Program-made: the position numbers and the translations under genes
Assembly: GCA_015067255.1 (NCBI GenBank)
Contig: SVMS01000001.1
Coordinates: 95,285-159,284, forward strand
Origin: Oscillospiraceae bacterium
GTDB taxonomy: Bacteria > Bacillota > Clostridia > Oscillospirales > SIG519
Length of the DNA: 64,000 nucleotides
Direction of reading: 5' to 3'
Notes under the pieces: generated by a model
The model's database searches: none
What the model saw: only the letters and a program-made list of their open reading frames with translations
Told to the model about the DNA's origin: nothing
Part shown: in pieces, positions 46,501 through 55,347 of the stretch
How the letters are laid out: each line of letters opens with the position of its first letter
Numbering within the stretch: position 1 is the stretch's first letter

Positions 46501-47079
46501 CTGAGCAAGCTCATCATAATCCCAGATTTCAATTTTCTGAATTTCGTGGCTTGTTCTGAAACCGTCAAAGAAATGAAGGAAAGGAACTCTGCCTTTAATA
46601 GCAGAAAGATGTGCAACTGCACCTAAATCCATAACCTCCTGAGGATTGCTTGCGCAAAGCATAGCAAAGCCTGTCTGACGGCATGCCATAACGTCACTGT
46701 GGTCGCCGAAAATAGAAAGAGCGTGGCTTGCAACAGCACGTGCTGAACAGTGAATAACTCCGGGGAGTAATTCACCTGCAATTTTATACATATTAGGAAT
46801 CATCAAAAGAAGACCCTGTGAAGCGGTAAAGGTAGTTGTAAGAGCGCCTGCTGCCAAAGAGCCGTGTACTGTTCCCGATGCTCCTGCCTCAGACTGAAGC
46901 TCTGCTACTCTTACCTCCTGTCCGAAGATATTTTTTCTGCCCTCAGCAGCCCATTTGTCCGACAACTCAGCCATTACAGATGACGGAGTTATGGGATAAA
47001 TGCCGGCAACATCGGTAAAAGCATACGAAACGTGTGCCGCAGCGGTGTTACCATCCATGGTTTTCATTTTTCTTGCCAT
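43528..47079 (-). CDS. nifJ: Pyruvate:ferredoxin (flavodoxin) oxidoreductase, single-polypeptide type
   Basis: 1183 aa. MDGNTAAAHVSYAFTDVAGIYPITPSS opening. Two 4Fe-4S motifs (CIQCNQCSYVCP, CTGCGSCANVCP). TPP-binding GGDGWAYDIG. Confidence 0.95.
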   Translation of the reverse strand: MARKMKTMDGNTAAAHVSYAFTDVAGIYPITPSSVMAELSDKWAAEGRKNIFGQEVRVAELQSEAGASGTVHGSLAAGALTTTFTASQGLLLMIPNMYKIAGELLPGVIHCSARAVASHALSIFGDHSDVMACRQTGFAMLCASNPQEVMDLGAVAHLSAIKGRVPFLHFFDGFRTSHEIQKIEIWDYDELAQMIDMDAVEQFRKNALNPEHPVLRGTAQNPDIFFQAREACNKYYDELPAVVEKYMNDVNSRVGTDYKLFNYYGAPDAEKVIIAMGSVCDTIEETIDYLNAKGEKVGLVKVRLYRPFSVEHFLNAMPKTVKKIAVLDRTKEPGSLGEPLFLDIAAAISNTEFKDALLVSGRYGLGSKDTTPGDIIAAYKNLDAAEPKKRFTLSITDDVTYLSLPVDENPYTTAAGTVSCKFWGLGSDGTVGANKNSIKIIGDHTDKYVQAYFAYDSKKSGGVTISHLRFGDSPIKSTYYVSQADFVACHNPSYIGKYDMTADIKEGGVFLLNSGATAEELEKTLPASVKKDLAVKKAKFYTVDAISIAKELGLGNRINMILQSAFFKLANIIPIDEAVKYMKEAVITSYGKKGEKVVAMNHSAIDRGIDSIVEIPVPASWANATEEAAEVKVDGERKDLVDFVNNILIPVNAQKGDKLPVSTFVDAADGTFPQGSAAYEKRGVAVDVPVWLPENCIQCNQCSYVCPHAVIRPAVLDAEEMKKAPADMKTKQMAGKGCENYQYSVTVSVLDCTGCGSCANVCPAKEKALVMKPLASNMGAQKSFDFAISKLSEKTDLPFAVETVKGSQFKQPLLEYSGACAGCGETPYAKLVTQLFGDRMYIANATGCSSIWGGSAPSTPYTVNREGRGPAWANSLFEDNAEYGYGMSLAVSQMRKKVNVLVDELAQKATNEDVKAAIAEYKNTFNNSKENAVATKKLVAALEACNCCGECKELADKILKDKEFLAKKSMWIFGGDGWAYDIGFGGLDHVIASGEDVNILVFDTEVYSNTGGQASKSTPTGSVAQFAANGKVTKKKDLGAIAMSYGYVYVAQIAMGADYNQAIKAITEAESYNGPSIIIAYAPCINHGIKVGMGNSMAETKAAVAAGYWHMYRYNPRLADEGKNPFILDSKAPTANYKDFIMNEVRYNSLVRSYPDRAEKLFEAAENYAKEKLENLQNRAKTE

Positions 47080-47168
47080 TTTTAATTTCCTCCTTAAAAT
47101 ATATGAGATAATTATATAAATACTATTTTGGGTAGTACTTGTGCGTTTTTTAAAGCCTTACTGTCATA

Positions 47169-47918
47169 TTAAGTTTCATCGTGTTTAAACAATGCAATAT
47201 GCCCTAAAATCTCTAAATTGGTAATAAGCTTTACCTGACCGGGAGATACAACGTTAGAACTGAAAATAACCGAAAGCAAAAGAACTGTCATAGCCGCAAG
47301 AAAGCCAAAAAGCAAAGCCAATATTACCGATAAGGGAACATTTGGATAAACCTGATTTGTAGACACAACCGCTTTTTCGAAAACAGAAGAGAAAAGCGCA
47401 AAATCCTTACTTGTATCTACCATAATGTTCGTTACGGTATTCTGAAGTCCGTCAGCCAACGCGTTCGCAATATCTGCCGCATTTTCAGGGGAATGGTCTT
47501 TTACACTTATAACTATTATATTGCTGGCGCTTTTACGGAAAACAGTCATCTGAGAACGGAGCTTTTCAACCGTATATTCTTCAGGCAAATCAAGAGTATC
47601 TATGGCATAATTAAATGTCATATCAGACTCTGCAAGAATAACATAGTCCTTTAAGAGCTTGTTACTGATATCAATATTATTCTTAACCTTGTTTATATCA
47701 ACGTCGGACTTAATCGCAAGCAAGCTTGCCTTAGCCTCGTAAACAGGTGGGATAAAAAAAGTCGTATATACAAGCACAACTATTCCGCATAAAAGAGAGC
47801 AGCCCAATAAAAGCCACCATTTATCCACAAGAATTTCAAGGGACATATACGCAAGCACGTGGTCCTTAACTTTTGTTCTTATCTTTCCTTCACTGCCGAA
47901 CCTGAATTTAACAGCCAT
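47169..47918 (-). CDS. Wzz/chain-length-determinant N-terminal domain protein (CapA/YveK-like), no partner kinase nearby
   Basis: Start at ATG 47918 (MAVKFRF) after gagggaggg. TM1 WLLLGCSLLCGIVVLVYTTFFIPPVYEAKASL. C-terminal TM PLSVILALLFGFLAAMTVLLL. Confidence 0.55.
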   Translation of the reverse strand: MAVKFRFGSEGKIRTKVKDHVLAYMSLEILVDKWWLLLGCSLLCGIVVLVYTTFFIPPVYEAKASLLAIKSDVDINKVKNNIDISNKLLKDYVILAESDMTFNYAIDTLDLPEEYTVEKLRSQMTVFRKSASNIIVISVKDHSPENAADIANALADGLQNTVTNIMVDTSKDFALFSSVFEKAVVSTNQVYPNVPLSVILALLFGFLAAMTVLLLSVIFSSNVVSPGQVKLITNLEILGHIALFKHDET

Positions 47919-48193
47919 ATATACAACCCTCCCTCTGTTTTTAAAATATAAAAACCTAAACGTACGATTGATTAAGCCATTCTTATTCAGCATGACGTTT
48001 TACAGTTTAGTATAGCATATATCAGTATATTTGTCAATTGAATTCATAGCGTTATTGCCTATTATTTTTTCTTTTCTTTTTCTACATAATTTTACATTAT
48101 ATGGAAAACAAATGCTTTTTTTAAGACTTTTTTTCACTTAATGTCGAATTTGTTTGCAAGTGTGCAATTTAATGCATACTTTGGGGCAAAACA

Positions 48194-48222
48194 TTGACAA
48201 ATAAGGGCCAATATGGTAATAT
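48194..48222 (+). promoter_or_regulatory. Near-consensus sigma-A promoter
   Basis: TTGACA (48194-48199), 17-nt spacer ending TGg, TAATAT (48217-48222). The track's TTG 'start codon' at 48194 is the -35 box. Confidence 0.65.
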
Positions 48223-48262
48223 ATGGTTGATTAGAAAATATGTTCGAAAAGGAAGTGGGAAC

Positions 48263-48688
48263 ATGACCGAAAAAGAGGTTATTGAATTTTTAAAAGGCTA
48301 CAAGTCAATAAGATTTTGCATAGAAGCTAAAACTCTCGAGCTTGAAAGAATAAAAATGCAAAAATCCAATCTTTGCTCCAATAAGGATTTAAGCAGGGAC
48401 AAAGCCCCGTATGATTCTTCTTTTAATTTGATATGGCAGCTCAACAGCCAGTTTGACAGGGATATGGCAAGGCTTATTGCCGATATAGAGCGCTTAAAAG
48501 CTCAAAAAAATCTTATTGACAACTTTATCAACACTCTTCTCCCCCATGAGCAAAGACTCATCCGTTTGCGGTATTTTGAAGGTAAAAAATGGAGCGTAAT
48601 AGAAACTATGCTCAATTATTCTCAGCGTCAGCCCTTCAATATCCACAACAAAATCATCAAAAAGCTTGCTATGCAGCTTTCTGCTTAG
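48263..48688 (+). CDS. Small sigma-70-region-4-like HTH protein, ArpU/DUF1492-like phage-type transcription regulator
   Basis: 141 aa from ATG 48263 after ggaagtggga. C-terminal LPHEQRLIRLRYFEGKKWSVIETMLNYSQRQPFNIHNKIIKKLA resembles an ECF/region-4 HTH. Confidence 0.5.
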   Translation: MTEKEVIEFLKGYKSIRFCIEAKTLELERIKMQKSNLCSNKDLSRDKAPYDSSFNLIWQLNSQFDRDMARLIADIERLKAQKNLIDNFINTLLPHEQRLIRLRYFEGKKWSVIETMLNYSQRQPFNIHNKIIKKLAMQLSA

Positions 48689-48730
48689 TTTGCATCGTTT
48701 TACGTTTAATATCCATTACCACAGTAGCAA

Positions 48731-48760
48731 AAAAATCTCGTTTTTAAGCGAGATTTTTTG
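48731..48760 (+). terminator. Rho-independent terminator after the small regulator
   Basis: aaaaatctcg-tttttaag-cgagattttt followed by tg. Confidence 0.65.
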
Positions 48761-48779
48761 TTGCAATGCCCTTGAGTTA

Positions 48780-48944
48780 TATTCGCCTGCGGCGAGTGAT
48801 ATTGGCTGTGCCAGTGATATTTGCTTCGCAAGTTATATTGCCCTTCGGGCAGTTTTAGCGGCGAATATAATATCACTGCCGCAAAAACGGCAATATCACT
48901 TTCGCAACGCGAAAATATCACTCCGTCGAAGACGGAATATCACT
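48780..48944 (+). repeat. Hairpin-array repeat, copy D
   Basis: tattcgcc at 48780. agtgatatt, agtgatatt and agttatatt separated by mini-hairpins (ggctgtgcc, tgcttcgca, gcccttcgggc). ggcgaata. ATATCAC at 48870, 48893, 48915 and 48937, separated by hairpins (tgccgcaaaaacggca, ttcgcaacgcgaa, tccgtcgaagacgga). Confidence 0.9.
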
Positions 48945-48981
48945 TAAAAAATCTAAATAATTAGATTTATAAAGTAAAACT

Positions 48982-49011
48982 ATCCGTCCGAAGAAATTCG
49001 GGCGGATTTTC
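48982..49011 (+). terminator. Hairpin with T-tail closing the copy-D segment
   Basis: atccgtccgaa-gaaa-ttcgggcggat followed by tttt. Confidence 0.5.
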
Positions 49012-49067
49012 TGTTTGCATTGAAAGAAGATATATTTTGTGTTATAATAGAATTAAGAGGTGATTTT

Positions 49068-49472
49068 ATGGGTTTATTTGATATCTTTAAGAAAAAGAAA
49101 CCACCGTTAACCGAAGAACTATTAAAATGGAAAAAAATGTGGAATTTGTGGTTTGAGGAAAGAGCTGAATCACCTTATCAAGAACTAATGACTTATAAAA
49201 GTGAAACTGGTATTGGAGGGCATAACCAATATTTTGCCAATTTCGAAAACACTGGTGATTTTAAAAAAGAAATATCCGCTTTGGAGCAAATCTTGTCAGA
49301 AAAATTGAAAAATAATTTGAATAGGGCATATGGAACATATTTGTCATTAGAAGAAAAAGAGGAGGACGGAAAAGCAGAGGAGATTTTGAAACAGTACGAT
49401 GATGTATTCTATGAAAATGAGGAAGAGATTAATCGTTTGCTCGAAGAATACGCCTCTAAAATCGAACTTTAA
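49068..49472 (+). CDS. Hypothetical protein, possibly DMP19/DUF4375-like
   Basis: 134 aa from ATG 49068 after aagaggtga. ETGIGGHNQYFANFENTGDFKKEISALEQI resembles the NGG-x-QYF-N core of DUF4375. Acidic C-terminus. Confidence 0.35.
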   Translation: MGLFDIFKKKKPPLTEELLKWKKMWNLWFEERAESPYQELMTYKSETGIGGHNQYFANFENTGDFKKEISALEQILSEKLKNNLNRAYGTYLSLEEKEEDGKAEEILKQYDDVFYENEEEINRLLEEYASKIEL

Positions 49473-49596
49473 TTTTCCTCTTTGCTAATAGCAACACAGG
49501 TTGCAATCGGCTGCTATGTTAAGGGTTTTAGATTCTTATAACAAGTGGTATTTGGCGTTCAAATGCTCTGCTTGTTATTGTATAAGACAAGATTAA

Positions 49597-49630
49597 AAGG
49601 AAGCACGAAAATCTCGTGCTTCCTTTCCTT
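49597..49630. terminator. Bidirectional terminator between 49068-49472 and the GH38 gene
   Basis: aaaggaagcacga-aaatc-tcgtgcttccttt with A-run and T-run flanks. Confidence 0.8.
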
Positions 49631-49632
49631 TA

Positions 49633-52338
49633 TTATTTTTCCAAAATAAGTGTTTTGATTTCTTTCTTTCTGAAAGAAAGTGTTACTTTTTCTTCGCCTA
49701 AGAGCTTATAGCCTCTTTCCGCCATATCCGAAGCGTAAATATTTCCTGTGTATTCAAGGCTTGCCTGCTTATCCTCTTCATTTAAGTTAATGAGTCTTAA
49801 AACTGTTGAGCCGTTTCTCTGTGCCTGCTTGATTGCAGTTACATAAATGCCTTCTCCGTCAAGCTTAAATATTTGTTTATTATCCTCAATAACAACCTTT
49901 TCGTAAGGATCGGGCAAGTAGAAGGTTTCTGTAAGATTGCTGTCCTGTACGGCGCTTCTTCCGCAGCTGAACTTTTTAACATCAACAGGAGAGGTTGTAA
50001 ATATAGCGGGTGTTCTGAAGCGTTTTGAGGCTCCGAATACATCTGCAGAAATATAATTCCCCGAATATGAATAAATTCCCAAACGGCCTGTAAGAGTTCT
50101 TATGCACTGATTTCCGGGGCAGGTCCATACTTCGCCGCTTTTGAACTGATAATCGCTCAAATCACGGTTTATAACGCCTGTGGAACGAACAAGAGTAAAT
50201 GCAAGAGAATTGCCCACATGCTCATAATCGTGATTTCCCAAATTAAACACTGCAAGGCCCTTGCCCTCATTTTCCAAAAGAGCAAAGGATGTATTGGCAT
50301 TTTCTTTTGAAAGCTGATATATATAATCGTTGCTCTCCTGTTCCTTATGAACAATGTCAAAGGGAATATCAGAAGTGCTTACAAGAGATTTTATACCTGT
50401 ATTTACAAGCAATCTTATTCTGTGGTCCTTGGCTCTGTTTTCAAGAACATAGTCAATCTCTACTGTTTTGCTTGCCTTTTTCAACGAAAGAATAAGCTCC
50501 ATATCACAGTCAACTGTTTCCTTAGACCTTTCAAGCTTACTGAAATCATATTCTGCAGGCACCTTTATAGTACGCTTTATGCTTATTGCCTGTACGTATT
50601 CGTTGTTTTCTTTTACAGAAGTTTCAGCATCAAATTCAGAACCGTATATAGCTCTGTCATCGCTGGGGCCGTAAATGTAAGAGTCGCCTCTGTCTGTTGT
50701 TTCTTCGATATCTATTGCATTTTCAAAGGCAAAACCGTTTACCTTGTCAAATATATCCACTTTGCCGTCTGCATTTACTTTAACTTTAAGATATTCATTT
50801 TCCATAACCTTGTCTGCGTTTTCAATTTCTTTTACGCATTTGTAAGGCTTATTGGATTTCTTAACTGTGTAGCTCTTTATCGCAAAGGGATTTATATTGG
50901 TTTCATAGAGGTAAAGCTCAAATCTGTCAACATCAACACAGCCGGGAAGATTTATGGGAGTAAATACGTCTTTTATTATTCTGTTTTTGGAAATAACGGC
51001 AAAATCCACAGGCTTATTATCCAAATCAAAAATTTCAATGCTTTCGTAATTATCGTCAGCACGAATATCTAAAACAACCTTAACTACGCCGTTAAACTCT
51101 TTTTCAAGAGTGTTTACTCCTACTATAGCGTAGTCGTCCTTATTACCCGTTTTAACTGCCTTAGAATGTTCCGCAGCAATTACAAGGCCTCTGTTGAGAA
51201 GGTCGTTTTGCATATCGTCAATACGCTCAAAATTATCCTCCATATGTTTATGGAGCTCATCACGGCTGCAACCGCAGATAGAGTCGTGAGGATGGTTTTT
51301 CATAATCTCTTTCCACACGAAATTAAGATGGTCTTTACAATAAGCGCCCTTTGCTCCGTTTTCTTCAAGGAAGCTGTAGACAGGCTCAAGCATAGTTTCC
51401 ATCATATTCTGAGCAATAACGTTTGCCTTTTTCAAATAAATTCTTGAAGATAAGGTTCCCTTTAAAATCTCCCAAGTATGTCCGTGGCGCATTTCGCCCT
51501 TGTATACATCAGGCTGTATATTGTTCTGCTCTATATAGCTCTTTATCTTCTCGATGTATTCCTTCATTGTAACTTGCTTAACTTTTCTGCCTTCTTCAAG
51601 GTTAGCATTAAGCTTTTCCAAAATTGGAAGCAGATTATCCTGAGCTTCCAAATGGTCAACACCGTTCATACAGAGGATATACGGAGTAAGAGCAACGCCT
51701 TCAAACGATTTGTCAATAACATCAATCAACAGCTTGGCAGTATCAAGATTTTCGGAAAAACGCTGAGCATTGTTATACCAATACATCATATATACGCCAA
51801 GAAGCTTACTTCCGTCAGCGCCTTCCCAGATAAATTCACTTTTCTGAGGAACACGGCTAATCTGACCCTGTTCGTTTTTAGTATAATATGAATTTCCTCT
51901 TCCGAAAATCGTATTGTCAATTCCGAAATTATTCAAAATCTGAGGAAGCTGAGAAATGTTTCCGAACTGGTCGGGAACGTAGCCGACCTTAGCGCAAGCG
52001 CCAAACTCCTCCGCTATTTTTTCACCCTCCAAAAGATTTCTTACAGTAGCTTCACCGCTTGTAAGATAAAAGTCATTCTGAAGATACCAGGGGCCGACTA
52101 TCAGCCTTCCTTGTTTTATGTATTGCTCAAGCTCTCCGCGCTTTCCGGGACGTACTGTAAGATAGTCCTCTAAAACTATGGTCTGCGCATCAAGATGGAA
52201 AATATACTGAGGATATTTTGAAAGAGTAACAAGACACCTGTCAATCAAATCGACAAGACGAAATCTCATTTTCTCCAATGACATATACCATTCTCTGTCC
52301 CAATGGGTATGGGATACAACGCTAAATTCTTTTTTCAT
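49633..52338 (-). CDS. Glycoside hydrolase family 38 alpha-mannosidase, cytoplasmic
   Basis: 901 aa with no signal peptide. VVSHTHWDREWY, VGPWYLQNDFYLTSGE, GYVPDQFGN. Confidence 0.85.
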   Translation of the reverse strand: MKKEFSVVSHTHWDREWYMSLEKMRFRLVDLIDRCLVTLSKYPQYIFHLDAQTIVLEDYLTVRPGKRGELEQYIKQGRLIVGPWYLQNDFYLTSGEATVRNLLEGEKIAEEFGACAKVGYVPDQFGNISQLPQILNNFGIDNTIFGRGNSYYTKNEQGQISRVPQKSEFIWEGADGSKLLGVYMMYWYNNAQRFSENLDTAKLLIDVIDKSFEGVALTPYILCMNGVDHLEAQDNLLPILEKLNANLEEGRKVKQVTMKEYIEKIKSYIEQNNIQPDVYKGEMRHGHTWEILKGTLSSRIYLKKANVIAQNMMETMLEPVYSFLEENGAKGAYCKDHLNFVWKEIMKNHPHDSICGCSRDELHKHMEDNFERIDDMQNDLLNRGLVIAAEHSKAVKTGNKDDYAIVGVNTLEKEFNGVVKVVLDIRADDNYESIEIFDLDNKPVDFAVISKNRIIKDVFTPINLPGCVDVDRFELYLYETNINPFAIKSYTVKKSNKPYKCVKEIENADKVMENEYLKVKVNADGKVDIFDKVNGFAFENAIDIEETTDRGDSYIYGPSDDRAIYGSEFDAETSVKENNEYVQAISIKRTIKVPAEYDFSKLERSKETVDCDMELILSLKKASKTVEIDYVLENRAKDHRIRLLVNTGIKSLVSTSDIPFDIVHKEQESNDYIYQLSKENANTSFALLENEGKGLAVFNLGNHDYEHVGNSLAFTLVRSTGVINRDLSDYQFKSGEVWTCPGNQCIRTLTGRLGIYSYSGNYISADVFGASKRFRTPAIFTTSPVDVKKFSCGRSAVQDSNLTETFYLPDPYEKVVIEDNKQIFKLDGEGIYVTAIKQAQRNGSTVLRLINLNEEDKQASLEYTGNIYASDMAERGYKLLGEEKVTLSFRKKEIKTLILEK

Positions 52339-52463
52339 AACAATACCTCTCTTGCGAAAAATATACTTATTACCCTAATTATACTTGAAAAAAAAGCTAT
52401 GTCAATAAACAATTGTTATTTTTTTATTATCAAAAGTTAATTTTAAAAAACATATATAAAGTA

Positions 52464-52492
52464 TTGATTTTCCGCATCAAAGGTAGTATAAT
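52464..52492 (+). promoter_or_regulatory. Sigma-A promoter of the rsmD-coaD operon
   Basis: TTGATT (52464-52469), 17 nt, TATAAT (52487-52492). Confidence 0.6.
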
Positions 52493-52530
52493 ATAAAATT
52501 AGTAATATAATTGTTTTTTGTGGTGTAAAT

Positions 52531-53112
52531 ATGAAAATTATTACCGGAAGCAAAAAAGGGATATGGCTTGATGCTCCTAAGGGAGAAACTACCCGTCCCA
52601 CCTCTCAGAGAGTAAAAGAGGCAGTTTTTTCAGCGCTTCAGTTTGAAATCGAAGATGCCTGCGTTTTAGATGCTTTTGCAGGAAGCGGTCAGCTTTCTCT
52701 GGAAGCCTTGAGCAGAGGCGCAAAAAAAGCAGTACTTACAGAGTGCGATTCAAATGCGCTTAAGGTAATTCATTCAAACATTAAAAAAACAGGCTTTGAA
52801 AAGCTTTGTACTGTTTTGTCGGGAGATATTTTGAAAAACGCTTCAAGAATTTCTTCCTTTGCGCCCTACGACATAGTTTTTCTTGACCCTCCTTACAAAT
52901 CTGATTTGTATGAAAAAACGCTCAGAATGTTAATTGAGGGCGATATGCTTTCCGACGATGCAAAAATTGTCTGCGAAGCTTCAGATAAAATGATATTTCC
53001 AGATATTTTTGAAAAATTTTCAAAAAAAGAATACCGACACGGTAATACTACCGTAGTAATCTTTCGTAATATGATGGAGGAAACAGATGAGAACAGCAAT
53101 CTGTCCCGGTAG
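52531..53112 (+). CDS. rsmD: 16S rRNA (guanine966-N2)-methyltransferase RsmD
   Basis: 193 aa. MKIITGSKKG...TRPTSQRVKEAVFSAL, DAFAGSGQLSLEALSRGA, FLDPPY. Confidence 0.85.
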   Translation: MKIITGSKKGIWLDAPKGETTRPTSQRVKEAVFSALQFEIEDACVLDAFAGSGQLSLEALSRGAKKAVLTECDSNALKVIHSNIKKTGFEKLCTVLSGDILKNASRISSFAPYDIVFLDPPYKSDLYEKTLRMLIEGDMLSDDAKIVCEASDKMIFPDIFEKFSKKEYRHGNTTVVIFRNMMEETDENSNLSR

Positions 53113-53587
53113 CTTTGACCCTGTTACAAAAGGGCATATGGACATTATAGGCAGAGCCAGCAAAATGTTTGACAGAGTTATAATAGCTATTGCAAACAAC
53201 TCACATAAAAATACGATTTTTTCACCTGAGGAGAGAAAACAGCTTATAATCAAGGCGGGAATTTCCGATAACTGCGAGGTTATCTGCTTTGACGGTCTTT
53301 TGGTCGAGCTTCTTGAGCGTGAAAATTCCAATGTGCTTATAAAAGGAATCCGAAATATCAGAGATTTTGAGTATGAGCTTCAGATGGCGGAGATAAACAA
53401 GGCTCTCAATTCAAAAATCGAAACTGTGTTTTTGCTTTCCCGTCCCGAGCTTATCTGCGTAAGCTCTTCAAACGTTAAGGATATATGCCGTTTTAACGGT
53501 GATATCCGTCCGTTTATTCCGGAGATAATTGCGGACGAGGTTAAACAAAGAATATTAGAAAAAGAAATTAAAAGGGAGGATTTTTAA
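53087..53587 (+). CDS. coaD: Phosphopantetheine adenylyltransferase
   Basis: 166 aa. AICPGSFDPVTKGHMDII, LIKGIRNIRDFEYE, VSSSNVKD. Confidence 0.9.
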   Translation: MRTAICPGSFDPVTKGHMDIIGRASKMFDRVIIAIANNSHKNTIFSPEERKQLIIKAGISDNCEVICFDGLLVELLERENSNVLIKGIRNIRDFEYELQMAEINKALNSKIETVFLLSRPELICVSSSNVKDICRFNGDIRPFIPEIIADEVKQRILEKEIKREDF

Positions 53588-54036
53588 TGGCTTTTTTAGA
53601 TGTTATTGATGAAATTGATGAAATGTTAGAGGAAGCGTGGACTTTCCCCATAGGCGGCAAAACTCTTGTTGACGGTGAAATGATAAAGGAGAAGATGGAA
53701 AAGCTTCGCCTTGAATTCCCTGCTGAAATCAAAAAGGCTAAATCCGTTCTTGATGAGCGTGAGCGCATACTTGAAAAGGCAAAAAATGATGCTCAGCATA
53801 CTATCCGCAACGCTTCAATAAAGCGTGAGGCTCTTCTTAACGAGCAGCAGATAGTTATTGATGCAAAAATCCGTTCCGAAGAAATTCTTAAAAACGCAAA
53901 CGAAGAAGCCGCTAAGCTTCGCAAGGCTGCAATTGACTATGTCAACGCCGCTTTGAAGAAAACAGAAACAATTATGGAAAACAATATTCTTGCCGTTAAA
54001 CAGGCAAGACGTGCTGTAAACGGTGAAAACGAATAA
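53587..54036 (+). CDS. Coiled-coil hypothetical protein
   Basis: 149 aa. ATG overlaps the coaD stop (TAATG). Heptad-rich, charged sequence. No family recognised. Confidence 0.5.
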   Translation: MAFLDVIDEIDEMLEEAWTFPIGGKTLVDGEMIKEKMEKLRLEFPAEIKKAKSVLDERERILEKAKNDAQHTIRNASIKREALLNEQQIVIDAKIRSEEILKNANEEAAKLRKAAIDYVNAALKKTETIMENNILAVKQARRAVNGENE

Positions 54037-54081
54037 AGTTAATTATAGTCCAAAAGGACTAACGAAAGGATATAAAAGCAA

Positions 54082-55290
54082 ATGAAAAAGGCAGTTATGT
54101 ACGGTGCAGGAAATATAGGAAGAGGCTTTATGGGCCAGCTTTTCTGCATGAGTCAAATGGAAACAGTTTTTATTGATATAAACGAGGTTGTTGTTAACAA
54201 GCTCAACACCGATAAAAGCTATCCTATTTTTATTACAAAAAACGGAGAATATGAAGAGTTTACAGTAACCAATGCCCGTGCAGTAAACGGAAAGGTTATC
54301 GAAAACGTAGCAAAGGAAATTGCTACTGCAGACGTTATGGCAACAGCAGTCGGCGTAAATATTTTACCCTACATAGTAAAACCCATAGCAGCAGGAATTA
54401 AAGCAAGAATGCTTGAAAACCCCACAGAGCTTAATATAATTATCTGCGAAAACAAAATCGGTGCAGATAAATACTTGAGAGAGCTTATTTCAAAAGAGCT
54501 TACCGATGAAGAAAACAAATTCTTCAACGAGAAAATAGGTCTTGTAGAAGCTTCTATCGGCAGAATGGTACCTGCTACTCCCAAGGAGATTGCAGAGAAA
54601 AATCCTCTTTCCGTTTGTGTTGAAGAATTCTGCACATTACCTGTTGACAAAGAAGCCTTCAAGGGCGAAATCCCCGACATAAAAAATATGCTTCCCTTTG
54701 CTCCCTTTGAGCTGTTTATTCAGAGAAAACTTTATATGCACAATATGAGCCACGCTCTCAGCGCATATTTAGGATATCTTAAAGATTATAAATTCATATA
54801 TGAAGCTCAGAACAATATGGCAATTAAATTCTTTGCTTTAGGCGCTCTTATAGAGTCTGCTACCGCTTTGAGCATAGAGCATAAGGTTGATATCATTCCT
54901 CTTATTCAGCACGCATACGACCTTTTGGGCCGTTTTGAAAACGTACTTTTAGGCGATACAATCGAAAGAGTCGGAAAAGATACAATCAGAAAGCTTTCCA
55001 CCAATGACAGAATGGCAGGCGCTGCAAAGCTATGCGCTAAAAACGGTATTAAGCCCGTATATATTGCTTTAGGACTTGCTGCAGGTCTTCTCTTCGAGCC
55101 GGAAGCTGACGAGGCTGCAAAAGAGGTTGCCGCTTTCACAAGAGAAAACGGCGTAAGAAAAGCTTTGGAGAAATACAGCGAAATCACAGATGAAACAATA
55201 GTTTCAATGGTAGAGAAAAATTACGAAATGCTTAAAACAAAAGGCTTCGACGATTTTGTTTTCGAAAGCGAAAGATTAAAAGGCTGCTAA
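54082..55290 (+). CDS. mtlD: Mannitol-1-phosphate 5-dehydrogenase family protein
   Basis: 402 aa. MKKAVMYGAGNIGRGFMGQLF matches the MtlD N-terminal Rossmann signature (FGAGNIGRGF). Confidence 0.7.
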   Translation: MKKAVMYGAGNIGRGFMGQLFCMSQMETVFIDINEVVVNKLNTDKSYPIFITKNGEYEEFTVTNARAVNGKVIENVAKEIATADVMATAVGVNILPYIVKPIAAGIKARMLENPTELNIIICENKIGADKYLRELISKELTDEENKFFNEKIGLVEASIGRMVPATPKEIAEKNPLSVCVEEFCTLPVDKEAFKGEIPDIKNMLPFAPFELFIQRKLYMHNMSHALSAYLGYLKDYKFIYEAQNNMAIKFFALGALIESATALSIEHKVDIIPLIQHAYDLLGRFENVLLGDTIERVGKDTIRKLSTNDRMAGAAKLCAKNGIKPVYIALGLAAGLLFEPEADEAAKEVAAFTRENGVRKALEKYSEITDETIVSMVEKNYEMLKTKGFDDFVFESERLKGC

Positions 55291-55300
55291 TTAAACAGAG

Positions 55301-55338
55301 AACGGTGTAACCTCAATCAGAGGCTACACCGTTTTTTA
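55301..55338 (+). terminator. Rho-independent terminator after the mtlD-like gene
   Basis: aacggtgtaacctc-aatca-gaggctacaccgtt followed by ttttat. Confidence 0.8.
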
Positions 55339-55347
55339 TGCAATAAA

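Noticed and set aside
48148-48154. Spo0A-box-like TGTCGAA heptamers (48148-48154 and 24326-24332, and TGTCGAG in the 63-bp module)
   Set aside because: A 7-mer is expected several times by chance in 64 kb on two strands. The positions show no consistent relation to promoters.
50347-51072. Long antisense shadow ORFs inside large genes (for example 50347-51072, 27062-27715, 41137-41661, 20352-20741, 37925-38275, 57600-58091)
   Set aside because: Each is fully embedded opposite a well-supported CDS with strong family motifs. They have low-complexity or odd composition and no RBS, as expected for shadow frames in AT-rich DNA.
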